A DNA stretch of 20,000 nt from an uncultured virus (IMG/VR IMGVR_UViG_3300027541_000721) (IMGVR_UViG_3300027541_000721:53706-73705); one strand, 5' to 3'. Positions 8,835-16,161 are shown, counted from the first letter of the stretch. A program made the numbers and translations. The notes: a model not told the origin generated them from the sequence alone.

Positions 8835-9592
8835 AATCCAAGTTCTCTTTTTGCTAAAATAAATTCTTTCACTAGACCGGAACGTACAATATCTTCTACT
8901 CCGAATTCAACAATATCCACTGATGGCATAATTTGCAAAACTCGAATAAAATCGTGGATTCCGTTCTTTTCGTTTGTTTTAATTAAATCACTTTGCTCAG
9001 CATCACCACTAAACATAATCTTACAGTTTTCACCAACTCTAGTAATTAGTGAAGACAATTCATGGAAATTACAGTTTTGCATCTCATCAATAATAAGAAT
9101 GCAATTATCAAAAGTAGTTCCACGTAAGAATGATGTGCTCCAAAAACTGATAGTCTCTTGTGCTTTCAAATTTCCATAAAGCATTTCAAAATCTGCTTCA
9201 GATGGAAGTTGGAACATGTATTTTACCATATTCTTATATGGTATTTCAAACAATTCGGATTTATCTTCATGCGATCCTGGAAGAAATCCGATTTCACGAG
9301 TTTGAACCAGAGATCTTATGATATAAATTTTATCATAAGATGAAACTTCATTTAAAACTTCTCTTAGTGCTTTGTAAAGAAGAACAAATGTTTTTCCACT
9401 ACCAGGAACACCATGTGCAACTATATGTTTACCCTCATCGTAAGAAGAAAATAATCTTTTTTGATTATCAGTCAATGGTTCAATATCTAAAAGCAAATCC
9501 AAATTAATTGGTTTTTTTCTTTTCATTTGCTTTGCAGTCATACCAGATCCGATTCCAGTATAATCACCACTAGTTCTTTTTCTTCTTGCCAT
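8831..9592 (-). CDS. phoH: PhoH family ATPase
   Basis: Walker A GVPGSGKT, REIGFLPG, FLRGTTFD, IIDEMQN, GD..QSD and DIVRSGLV. Likely start is MARRKR at 9592 (alternative 9607). Confidence 0.95.
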   Translation of the reverse strand: MARRKRTSGDYTGIGSGMTAKQMKRKKPINLDLLLDIEPLTDNQKRLFSSYDEGKHIVAHGVPGSGKTFVLLYKALREVLNEVSSYDKIYIIRSLVQTREIGFLPGSHEDKSELFEIPYKNMVKYMFQLPSEADFEMLYGNLKAQETISFWSTSFLRGTTFDNCILIIDEMQNCNFHELSSLITRVGENCKIMFSGDAEQSDLIKTNEKNGIHDFIRVLQIMPSVDIVEFGVEDIVRSGLVKEFILAKRELGL

Positions 9593-9599
9593 AAAATTT

Positions 9600-9851
9600 T
9601 TATCCAATTGGTTTTACTTTTGATCCAGGAACCTGAGAAACTTTACTTAGAACATCATTCCATCCAGGTTTGGATTTAACTAATTTATCTTTCCATTCTC
9701 CAACTTCACCTGGAGTTGCACATCCTTCAGACCAATCCCTCTTCCATTCAGGATTCTCTGAATACCATTGCATAATATCATTGACACTCATCTCAATGAC
9801 TTTTTTTTCACCTGTTTCTTTATGAATTATTGGATAAATTGCCAAATTCAT
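9600..9851 (-). CDS. Conserved cyanophage hypothetical protein
   Basis: YPIIHKETGEKK...MSV....W...NPEWKRDWS...PGWNDVL.KV...PGS.V. True start may be TTG 9845, after a GGAGG SD. Confidence 0.8.
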   Translation of the reverse strand: MNLAIYPIIHKETGEKKVIEMSVNDIMQWYSENPEWKRDWSEGCATPGEVGEWKDKLVKSKPGWNDVLSKVSQVPGSKVKPIG

Positions 9852-9871
9852 TCCTCCATAGTACGTAAGGA

Positions 9872-9879
9872 TATTTATT
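9872..9879 (-). promoter_or_regulatory. Late promoter AATAAATA upstream of the hypothetical-phoH operon
   Basis: NATAAATA box 20-26 nt before the start codon. Confidence 0.55.
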
Positions 9880-10033
9880 CAATGCAAATGGATGGTGCAT
9901 CATCACATTCAACACAATTTATGCACTCATCCATATCTGGATTTTCTTTAAGAAATCCTTGAAATTCTTCTTTGGTCATAAGAATTTTAAAAACATGACC
10001 AGTAAGAGTATCTTTAATACAATAAGATTTCAT
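9875..10033 (-). CDS. 52-aa Cys-rich hypothetical protein (not in the ORF track)
   Basis: Hand translation MKSYCIKDTLTGHVFKILMTKEEFQGFLKENPDMDECINCVECDDAPSICIE; fills the gap after thyX. Confidence 0.7.
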   Translation of the reverse strand: MKSYCIKDTLTGHVFKILMTKEEFQGFLKENPDMDECINCVECDDAPSICIE

Positions 10034-10058
10034 ATGATTTAATTCAAATAAACTTTAT

Positions 10059-10811
10059 TTATGGAGAAAGTCTTGCTTTATGAAGTCTCTTTTCTTCATA
10101 ATAATCCCATACATTAGGTGCCCATCTTTTAAGAATAGGTGCAATTTGTTCAGTAAGTGCTTGAATCTCAAGTTGAGCATCTAGTTTTGCTCTAAGATCC
10201 ATTAGGTGAAGAGCAGATCTGAGATTAAATGATACTACAAAATTTTGTCGGATTGCTTGTGCAAGATAATCACGAATGTGCTCTTCGCACATACCCTTTT
10301 CATACTTTACAGCATACCTTTTACAACCCTCTAAAATCCAATTAAGTTCATCATGATAATCTTCTTCTGTCCAATCATATTTTTTACCATAACGATTTAC
10401 ATAAAACCCAGGAGGACGAACGTAAAAAACATCTTCAGTATTAAGTTCCCCACTTGCAACTTTTACAACTCTTTTTCCAGTATAACGTTGTGATTGAACA
10501 TCAAAACTTACTCCCACTCTGTGAGTCCTTGCTTGCATCGCAACGTTATGGACATACCCAGAGACCGAAACGGTAATGCCAGGGTGCTCCAGAGGTCCCC
10601 AGTGACCCTTATCATTCGATAGGAGACGTTCTACAATCCATTTGCCACACCCAGATGAATTTGGAATGTCTTGAGTATGAATAGGTGTCTCAGAGTAATC
10701 ACACTTTGCTGCCTGATAAATGACTTGTTCTGGAATTGGATAGCATTGTAGCATTACTACTTCCAAATTTTTATCAAGTTCAAGAAGATCTTTTGCTTTA
10801 ATTGGTTTCAT
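10059..10811 (-). CDS. thyX: Flavin-dependent thymidylate synthase ThyX (cyanobacterial type)
   Basis: GHWGPLEH, RTHRVGVSFDVQSQRY (ThyX motif), NLRSALHLMDLR...AQLEI. Confidence 0.93.
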   Translation of the reverse strand: MKPIKAKDLLELDKNLEVVMLQCYPIPEQVIYQAAKCDYSETPIHTQDIPNSSGCGKWIVERLLSNDKGHWGPLEHPGITVSVSGYVHNVAMQARTHRVGVSFDVQSQRYTGKRVVKVASGELNTEDVFYVRPPGFYVNRYGKKYDWTEEDYHDELNWILEGCKRYAVKYEKGMCEEHIRDYLAQAIRQNFVVSFNLRSALHLMDLRAKLDAQLEIQALTEQIAPILKRWAPNVWDYYEEKRLHKARLSP

Positions 10812-10969
10812 TTTGTTCCAAATCCTTTACTAGTTTTTTTCTTATTTTCTTTCAGAAGACTTTCAATATTAATCATTTCCTTTTTCATGTACGAAAGTTC
10901 TTCATCACTATAAAGATGATCTTGCTTCAATGCTTTTTTGATCATCTTCAATATTGCCTTTTCTCTCAT
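10808..10969 (-). CDS. 53-aa hypothetical protein
   Basis: MREKAILKMIKKALKQDHLYSDEELSYMKKEM...SKGFGTK; ATGA overlap with thyX. Confidence 0.75.
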   Translation of the reverse strand: MREKAILKMIKKALKQDHLYSDEELSYMKKEMINIESLLKENKKKTSKGFGTK

Positions 10970-10975
10970 TTTTAA

Positions 10976-11128
10976 TTACTCATCGAAGATTTCATCATAG
11001 TCCATAATAGAAGAATCTACAACATAATTATCTTTTACAGTTGTTTTATCTTCAATCATTTCAAGTTTTAATTGGTTAAGTAACAACTCCATATTTTTTA
11101 TAATGAGTTTTATACGTTCTTTATCCAT
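10976..11128 (-). CDS. 50-aa hypothetical protein
   Basis: MDKERIKLIIKNMELLLNQLKLE...DYDEIFDE; directly downstream of a strong promoter. Confidence 0.75.
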   Translation of the reverse strand: MDKERIKLIIKNMELLLNQLKLEMIEDKTTVKDNYVVDSSIMDYDEIFDE

Positions 11129-11145
11129 AAATAAATGTTTTTTTA

Positions 11146-11174
11146 ATTTTACATAAAAAAAGGGGGGAAGTCAA
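11146..11174 (-). promoter_or_regulatory. Sigma70-type promoter overlapping a terminator
   Basis: TTGACT (11174-11169)-17 nt-TAAAAT (11151-11146). Confidence 0.7.
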
Positions 11175-11183
11175 GTCCCCCTT
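11155..11183 (-). terminator. Rho-independent terminator ending the riboswitch/DUF4278 unit
   Basis: AAGGGGGA-CTTGACT-TCCCCCCT followed by a T tract. Confidence 0.85.
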
Positions 11184-11187
11184 CATA

Positions 11188-11289
11188 TTATTTTGCTGCT
11201 AACAAAGTAGCAAGAGATGCTTGATGACGACGTTCTTCTTTTTGTTTTTGTTCTTTAATCAATTGAAGTACATTAATAGTTTTAATCAT
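11188..11289 (-). CDS. 33-aa basic helical peptide, translationally coupled to the DUF4278-like ORF
   Basis: MIKTINVLQLIKEQKQKEERRHQASLATLLAAK; ATGA overlap and an upstream GGAGG SD. Confidence 0.7.
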   Translation of the reverse strand: MIKTINVLQLIKEQKQKEERRHQASLATLLAAK

Positions 11290-11423
11290 TTATGTCCCTC
11301 CTTTACAAACTTAACCCCACGATAGGTCTCGTTGTATTGTTGAGGTTGTTGCATCATTTGTTGTTGATACTCAAGACGTTTTTGGGTATCATACTCGACA
11401 CCACGATAAACTACTTTAGACAT
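11286..11423 (-). CDS. DUF4278-like YRG-motif peptide (45 aa)
   Basis: MSKVVYRGVEYD...QQQMMQQPQQYNETYRGVKFVK with two YRGV motifs; AAGGAG SD; downstream of a glnA-type RNA. Confidence 0.85.
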   Translation of the reverse strand: MSKVVYRGVEYDTQKRLEYQQQMMQQPQQYNETYRGVKFVKEGHK

Positions 11424-11456
11424 TAGGGTTGCTCCTTTACTTTTTAAGGTTAGGTG

Positions 11457-11797
11457 GCGTTCCTTCCGTCGGCTTTTGCGTCCCTTAGTAGGATGAACGA
11501 CCTACTCTTTTTCCACAATAGGTATAGAAAAACATAGGCATTCCGTTCCGAGTCGGCGTACTTCCGTCCTATTTAATTTTAGCACTTTTGAATAAAATCC
11601 TTTCGGAGTTCTAATAGCAATCGGTCTTCTGTTCTTTGATTAACTACATCGTCGTTTTTAACGATGTCCATTAGTTCCCACACAGTATCACAACTAAGTT
11701 TAACTGCATATTCAGTTGCAGTTAGTTGTGAAGTAGAAAAAGAAAGAAATGGAACCCATGCTAAAAGCAAAAGTGCTTTAGCCATAGGATGAACGAT
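11457..11797 (-). ncRNA. glnA-type glutamine riboswitch, tandem or interlocked, with an ORF inside the first P2 loop
   Basis: ATCGTTCA-TCCTAT...ATAGGA-CGGAAGTA-CG...GAACG, then TCGTTCA-TCC..GGA-CGCAAAAGCCGACG-GAAGGAACGC. Shows P1 CGTTC/GAACG, E-loop AGTA/GAA, and the location upstream of a DUF4278-like gene. Confidence 0.8.
11579..11785 (-). CDS. 68-aa putative secreted or membrane-anchored protein nested inside the riboswitch
   Basis: Hydrophobic N-terminus MAKALLLLAWVPFLSFS and two Cys; the ORF nearly fills the P2 loop. Confidence 0.65.
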   Translation of the reverse strand: MAKALLLLAWVPFLSFSTSQLTATEYAVKLSCDTVWELMDIVKNDDVVNQRTEDRLLLELRKDFIQKC

Positions 11798-11803
11798 AAT
11801 TGC

Positions 11804-11832
11804 AGTATACTACCTACAATATATCTAGTCAA
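11804..11832 (-). promoter_or_regulatory. Sigma70-type promoter of the riboswitch unit
   Basis: TTGACT-17 nt-TATACT; predicted +1 at about 11797, coinciding with the 5' end of the aptamer. Confidence 0.75.
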
Positions 11833-11848
11833 TTATTTTGTAACAAAT

Positions 11849-12103
11849 TTATTTTTTCTTTTTATTTTCTTTTACTTGATATCCGTATGTTTTAGGATTT
11901 ACCGTACCAGAAGTCCAATCAATGCTTTTTACATTTCTATAATTATCATAATAATAATCAAAAATTTCTACTCTAGATCCAGATTGCACAATATCATAAA
12001 CAGGATGTTGAGCATCATCTAGATATGAAACTAAGTATGAATTTCTAGGTAACTCTTTATTTTTTGCGTAGGTTGGATCGCAATCTCTGTGAATAATGTT
12101 CAT
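11849..12103 (-). CDS. Conserved cyanophage hypothetical protein
   Basis: IIH.DCDP...KELP.NSYLV.Y...YDIV....VEIFD.YYD...WT.G..NPK; in operon context. Confidence 0.75.
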   Translation of the reverse strand: MNIIHRDCDPTYAKNKELPRNSYLVSYLDDAQHPVYDIVQSGSRVEIFDYYYDNYRNVKSIDWTSGTVNPKTYGYQVKENKKKK

Positions 12104-12110
12104 TTAAATT

Positions 12111-12728
12111 TTATCTATTAACTTCCCATGTAATATCAGGATAGGCTTCAGATACAATTTCTTTTGTAATGTTATACTTAGATTGTAATTTTTTATCTTT
12201 AACTAGACACATGATCTCTGCATCCAATGGATGTAAACCTTCTAGCATTTGAATAAACATACTTTCACGACGAAGTTTAGGAACTCCTGCATTTCCAGGA
12301 ACACCATTCTTAGACATTACAAAATTAATTAGTTTTTCATATTCAGTTCTTAATGTTGTATGTCCTGTTCTAATTTTTTCAGTATAGCTTACAGAAGAAC
12401 TTTTTTCTACTTCCATTTTTTCAACTTCTTTTCCAATCCTTTCTGAAATTGATCCAGTTTTTACTAGATCATCAGAAACTGTTCCATATGGAACTTCACC
12501 TTCAGGTAACATGGAAATTACATTATCATCAAAATTCCAAATAAAAATAGCCTTCAATGAAGGATGTTCATGTTCTTTAAGAATTTGAACTTTTTTTGCA
12601 TTCGTTCTTTGCTTACTTACCAATTGAAAAACTTCAAAAACAAAAGGATTATTTGGAAGTTTTTCAATTTTATCTACTGTTGCTTTTGTAGTAGTACTAG
12701 TTTTTTTTCTAGTTGTTGTAGAAGTCAT
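12111..12728 (-). CDS. Conserved T4-like hypothetical protein (DUF6433-like)
   Basis: LPNNPF.FEV, LKAIFIWNFD...SMLPEGEVPY, RRESMFIQMLEGLHP.DAE. Confidence 0.8.
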   Translation of the reverse strand: MTSTTTRKKTSTTTKATVDKIEKLPNNPFVFEVFQLVSKQRTNAKKVQILKEHEHPSLKAIFIWNFDDNVISMLPEGEVPYGTVSDDLVKTGSISERIGKEVEKMEVEKSSSVSYTEKIRTGHTTLRTEYEKLINFVMSKNGVPGNAGVPKLRRESMFIQMLEGLHPLDAEIMCLVKDKKLQSKYNITKEIVSEAYPDITWEVNR

Positions 12729-12763
12729 AATTGTTTCAATTCATTTGTACTATCTAGTCTAAC

Positions 12764-12997
12764 TCAATCGTCATCATCGTCATCATCTTCATTCTCAAAA
12801 TATCCATTTTCAAATCTTACTGCAAGTATTTCATCTGGCATGACGTTTCCATTTTCATCAAACATCTCAGGGTGCATGAAAATTCTTTGAGGTTGCGTCT
12901 CGTAGGAGTGTGTCTTTGCTAACCAGCCAATTACCGACCCTACACATAAAAACAAAATACTAATTAAACAAAAAATAGTGAGTTCTGCTGCTAACAT
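12764..12997 (-). CDS. Small membrane protein with an acidic tail
   Basis: N-terminal TM segment, HPEMFDENGN..PDEILAVRFEN, poly-Asp tail. Confidence 0.75.
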   Translation of the reverse strand: MLAAELTIFCLISILFLCVGSVIGWLAKTHSYETQPQRIFMHPEMFDENGNVMPDEILAVRFENGYFENEDDDDDDD

Positions 12998-13197
12998 CTT
13001 TTTTCTCCTGAGATGTTGGTTTTTCTTTTAATAAAGAATTCTATTTGAAAATTAAATTCCCATCTTAAAATAGAAAATTTTTTTTTCAAACTAAATTTCT
13101 TACTTTTATTTTGTTCCCTTTTAGTTTTCTCCCTATGAAGCAGTAGTTCGACTCCACGATTTCTTTCGTGAATACTATTATTTAGATCTATCATCAA
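12991..13197 (-). CDS. Hypothetical protein
   Basis: 68-aa ORF (NRGVELLL) overlapping both neighbours. Confidence 0.6.
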   Translation of the reverse strand: MMIDLNNSIHERNRGVELLLHREKTKREQNKSKKFSLKKKFSILRWEFNFQIEFFIKRKTNISGEKRC

Positions 13198-13445
13198 AGA
13201 AGATTATTTTCTTGCAGATATTTAACCGTATCTACACATCCACCAAGATGCTCAGTATCGTTCATAATAATTTGTGGGAAAGTAGATCCTTGTCCAAATT
13301 CTGCATAAAACTCTTCTGCAGTAAAATCTGTACCCAATTCATAACAAATTACAGGAGTTCCTCTCTTAATACTTAAATCTCCAAGAACCATTTTAATTTT
13401 GTCACAGAATGGACATCCAAGTTTTGAATAAATTGTAAAATTCAT
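13194..13445 (-). CDS. nrdC: Glutaredoxin (NrdC-like)
   Basis: YSK.GCPFC active site, TFPQI, LGGCVD. Confidence 0.9.
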   Translation of the reverse strand: MNFTIYSKLGCPFCDKIKMVLGDLSIKRGTPVICYELGTDFTAEEFYAEFGQGSTFPQIIMNDTEHLGGCVDTVKYLQENNLL

Positions 13446-13452
13446 AGTAATT

Positions 13453-13827
13453 TTAAATTGCTGTATTGTTTTTACGTGGTCTATAAACTCTCAATTCTTG
13501 TTTAGAAAGTTGAGTCCTCCATTCTACTATATCACTGTATCTTTGCAATGTAAAGAACTCCTGTCTGCGAAACCAAGTTTCCCAATTTTCATGTGCTTTA
13601 GATCGATTACACTTTTCACATGCACATATAACATTCGTTAAATGATCAGTTCCACCTTTAGATTGTGGAATTATATGATCCATTGTTAAATTTTCATCAG
13701 ATTTACAATAAGCACATTTGTACTCCCATTTTTCTTTAATTGAATTTTTCCATAATCTTCTAGATTCAGATGTTGAAGAAGTTTCAAGATTATACAAATA
13801 ATCTTCTGAAGAATTGTAGAGTTGCAT
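13453..13827 (-). CDS. HNH endonuclease family protein (McrA-like)
   Basis: CAYC...LTMDHIIPQSKGG....NVICACEKCN.SK. Confidence 0.9.
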   Translation of the reverse strand: MQLYNSSEDYLYNLETSSTSESRRLWKNSIKEKWEYKCAYCKSDENLTMDHIIPQSKGGTDHLTNVICACEKCNRSKAHENWETWFRRQEFFTLQRYSDIVEWRTQLSKQELRVYRPRKNNTAI

Positions 13828-13851
13828 TCTTTATTATAGAACTTGTAATAT

Positions 13852-14055
13852 CTAGTGAGATTTTTTAGTAGTATTTTTCCTTTTACATGCATCTCTTGCC
13901 CAAGCACGAGAAAGACTATTCACATACGAACAGGATGTATTATCTTTCCCACAATATGGACATTTAGAATCTGGTGGATCTGAAAGATATCCTTCAGGTG
14001 TATACATCCTTTTCTTCTTTTGATTCTCTGCTTGTTTTTTCTTTCTGTGATTCAT
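13852..14055 (-). CDS. Small basic Cys-containing hypothetical protein
   Basis: DPPDSKCPYCG....CSYVNSLSRAWAR.AC; ATGA overlap with the upstream ORF. Confidence 0.65.
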   Translation of the reverse strand: MNHRKKKQAENQKKKRMYTPEGYLSDPPDSKCPYCGKDNTSCSYVNSLSRAWARDACKRKNTTKKSH

Positions 14056-14369
14056 ATAATCACAGGTTCCCCTTGACCTTCGGGAAGTTTGATCTGAGAT
14101 AATTGCCTTCCAAATGCCATAGATTCTTCTATTTCCAGAGATCCACCAAAACCACTAGTCTTGTTTACTACAATTTCTGTTGTTGGAAGTGCTTTTGGAA
14201 TTTCAATATCAATAACATCACTCATCAACATTTTATTTACTCTATACTCACGATTTTGTGGATCCATGGAGATCAACATCCTTGCATCTTCCCTAGTACC
14301 ACAATCTGCAATTTTTTTTCCAGTTCTTTTGTGAAATACTGAAAAATACTCTTCGTTATACTTTTTCAT
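14052..14369 (-). CDS. Hypothetical protein
   Basis: 105-aa ORF downstream of a promoter and coupled to the next ORF. Confidence 0.65.
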   Translation of the reverse strand: MKKYNEEYFSVFHKRTGKKIADCGTREDARMLISMDPQNREYRVNKMLMSDVIDIEIPKALPTTEIVVNKTSGFGGSLEIEESMAFGRQLSQIKLPEGQGEPVII

Positions 14370-14478
14370 TTTTTAAAATCTTTTGATTACTATAGGTTTT
14401 TATGGGAATCCTGTAAAGTCCAGGCCAAGTATCACGGATAATTTCTGAAAGTTTATTCGGTGTAGTAGATGATATCAT
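14356..14478 (-). CDS. 40-aa hypothetical protein (not in the ORF track)
   Basis: MISSTTPNKLSEIIRDTWPGLYRIPIKTYSNQKILKNEKV; ATGA overlap with the upstream gene. Confidence 0.55.
   Translation of the reverse strand: MISSTTPNKLSEIIRDTWPGLYRIPIKTYSNQKILKNEKV
14389..14417 (-). promoter_or_regulatory. Sigma70-type promoter
   Basis: TTTACA-17 nt-TATAGT, 19 nt upstream of the ATG at 14369. Confidence 0.55.
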
Positions 14479-15029
14479 ACTAATATAAAATTAGACTTAC
14501 GTTGTTGAGATAATAGCATTAGAATTTTAGGATCTTTTGCACTCTTTTTTACAGATTCATAATAATCATAATATCCATTATGGAGAATAATTGCATCTTT
14601 CAATGATCCAGTTTGGTTTTGCAAACGTCGAAGTTTACTTGACAATAACCAAACTGTTACTTCATCGTCATCCAATAGTTCTTTTTTTGGAGGAAGTCCT
14701 TGTATTACCAATTCATTTATCCCCAATTGTGCAACTCCAAAAGTTTTTAAATCTACTGGTTTGCGGTGAATAATCTCTTCATAAAGAATTGCAGAAATTA
14801 CATTTTCTGGAATATTAAATTGTTTACTAGAAACTTTAATGTATGGAATTAGAGTTTCTAGTTTCCTATAAGCAAATTCTCTAGTCACAGGGACATTTGA
14901 TACAACCTTACTAATCACTGTTGGAGTGATTGTTCGGTCTTTTACTCCATAATTACTAAGAGTTTTATTTTGACTCTTAATTGGAATAAAAGAAAAAATT
15001 ATAATACTCAATAAAAAAAGTCTTTTCAT
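14475..15029 (-). CDS. Secreted lysozyme-fold / lytic transglycosylase-like protein
   Basis: Signal-peptide-like N-terminus; FNIP..VISAILYEE (motif I Glu), FGVAQL (GLMQ-like), AIILHNG (AYNAG-like). Confidence 0.6.
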   Translation of the reverse strand: MKRLFLLSIIIFSFIPIKSQNKTLSNYGVKDRTITPTVISKVVSNVPVTREFAYRKLETLIPYIKVSSKQFNIPENVISAILYEEIIHRKPVDLKTFGVAQLGINELVIQGLPPKKELLDDDEVTVWLLSSKLRRLQNQTGSLKDAIILHNGYYDYYESVKKSAKDPKILMLLSQQRKSNFILV

Positions 15030-15100
15030 AAATCTTGAAGTATGGACAGTATGAACATAAAAATTCCGAAGAGTTGAAATAGGACTAAGATGAGTAACAT
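15026..15100 (-). CDS. 24-aa hydrophobic peptide
   Basis: MLLILVLFQLFGIFMFILSILQDL; ATGA overlap with the transglycosylase-like gene. Confidence 0.45.
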   Translation of the reverse strand: MLLILVLFQLFGIFMFILSILQDL

Positions 15101-15126
15101 TTTAATCTTTTACTAGTAATTTGAAT

Positions 15127-16161
15127 TTATCTAACGTGATGTCCACCGAACATATATCTCATACCATTAAGGATTTTAGATCCGAATGAACCGAGATTTC
15201 GAGAGTTAAATCTTTCAAATAGTGCCGTGGTAATAACAGGAGCAGGAACTCCAAGATCGACAGCAGCAGAAACAGTCCAACGTCCCTCACCACTATCAGA
15301 TACCCCACCAGAGAACTTTTTAAGATCACCATCCTTGCGTAGTACATCCGCAGTAAGATCAAGTAACCAAGAACCAACTACACTACCACGACGCCATAAT
15401 TCAGCAACCTCTGCAACATTGATATCATAACAGTAACTTTCAGGATCTGCCATAGGTGCAACTTCAGCATCACCTTCTTTAATGTATTGAGATCCATTAT
15501 TTGCATTCTTGAGAATATTGAATCCTTCGGCATATGCCTGCATCATTCCATATTCAATACCATTATGCACCATCTTCACAAAATGACCTGCACCAGGTCC
15601 ACCACAATGCAACCAACCATATTCTGCAGAAGTTAGATCAGATGTTGGATCTGTTCTATGGCAGGAGTGAATGTCTGGGGAGAGTGCAGAGAATATTTTT
15701 GAACAAGTGGAGACCGCAGTATTTCCACCACCAACCATAAGACAGTATCCACGATCCAAACCGTAAACACCACCGCTAGTACCACAATCAATATATTGGA
15801 TGCCCAGTTTTGCCAGACGTTCTGCTCTTTTCCGACTGTCTTTAAAATTGCTATTGCCATGATCAATAATAATATCTCCTTCACTACAATATCGTAGTAA
15901 CTCATTGATCGTCTCCTCTACAGTTTCAGCAGGCACAACCATCATAAAAATTCCTGGTTGAGTTTCACCCTTTTTATTTTGTTTAACTACTTTAACAAGG
16001 TTTTCAATATCATCTACAATTCCATTAACATATCCTTTTTCAAATGCTTCTTGTGCTTTTTCATAATTCCTACGATAACCCCAGACTTCGATATCTGCTT
16101 TCATCATACGACGGGACATTCCTTCCCCCATCCGACCAAGACCAATTAATCCTACTTTCAT
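15127..16161 (-). CDS. gnd: 6-phosphogluconate dehydrogenase (short type)
   Basis: GLIGLGRMG Rossmann motif, IDHGNS, DCGTSGGV, GAGHFVKMVHNGIEYG, DSGEGRWT, MRYMFGGH. Confidence 0.97.
   Translation of the reverse strand: MKVGLIGLGRMGEGMSRRMMKADIEVWGYRRNYEKAQEAFEKGYVNGIVDDIENLVKVVKQNKKGETQPGIFMMVVPAETVEETINELLRYCSEGDIIIDHGNSNFKDSRKRAERLAKLGIQYIDCGTSGGVYGLDRGYCLMVGGGNTAVSTCSKIFSALSPDIHSCHRTDPTSDLTSAEYGWLHCGGPGAGHFVKMVHNGIEYGMMQAYAEGFNILKNANNGSQYIKEGDAEVAPMADPESYCYDINVAEVAELWRRGSVVGSWLLDLTADVLRKDGDLKKFSGGVSDSGEGRWTVSAAVDLGVPAPVITTALFERFNSRNLGSFGSKILNGMRYMFGGHHVR

Noticed and set aside
11805..11817. NtcA box at the riboswitch promoter
   Set aside because: The spacing is GTA-N7-TAC, not the canonical GTA-N8-TAC.
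12765..12795. TCATCA/TCGTCA tandem repeats (also near 6020-6045)
   Set aside because: They simply encode acidic Asp/Glu tails.
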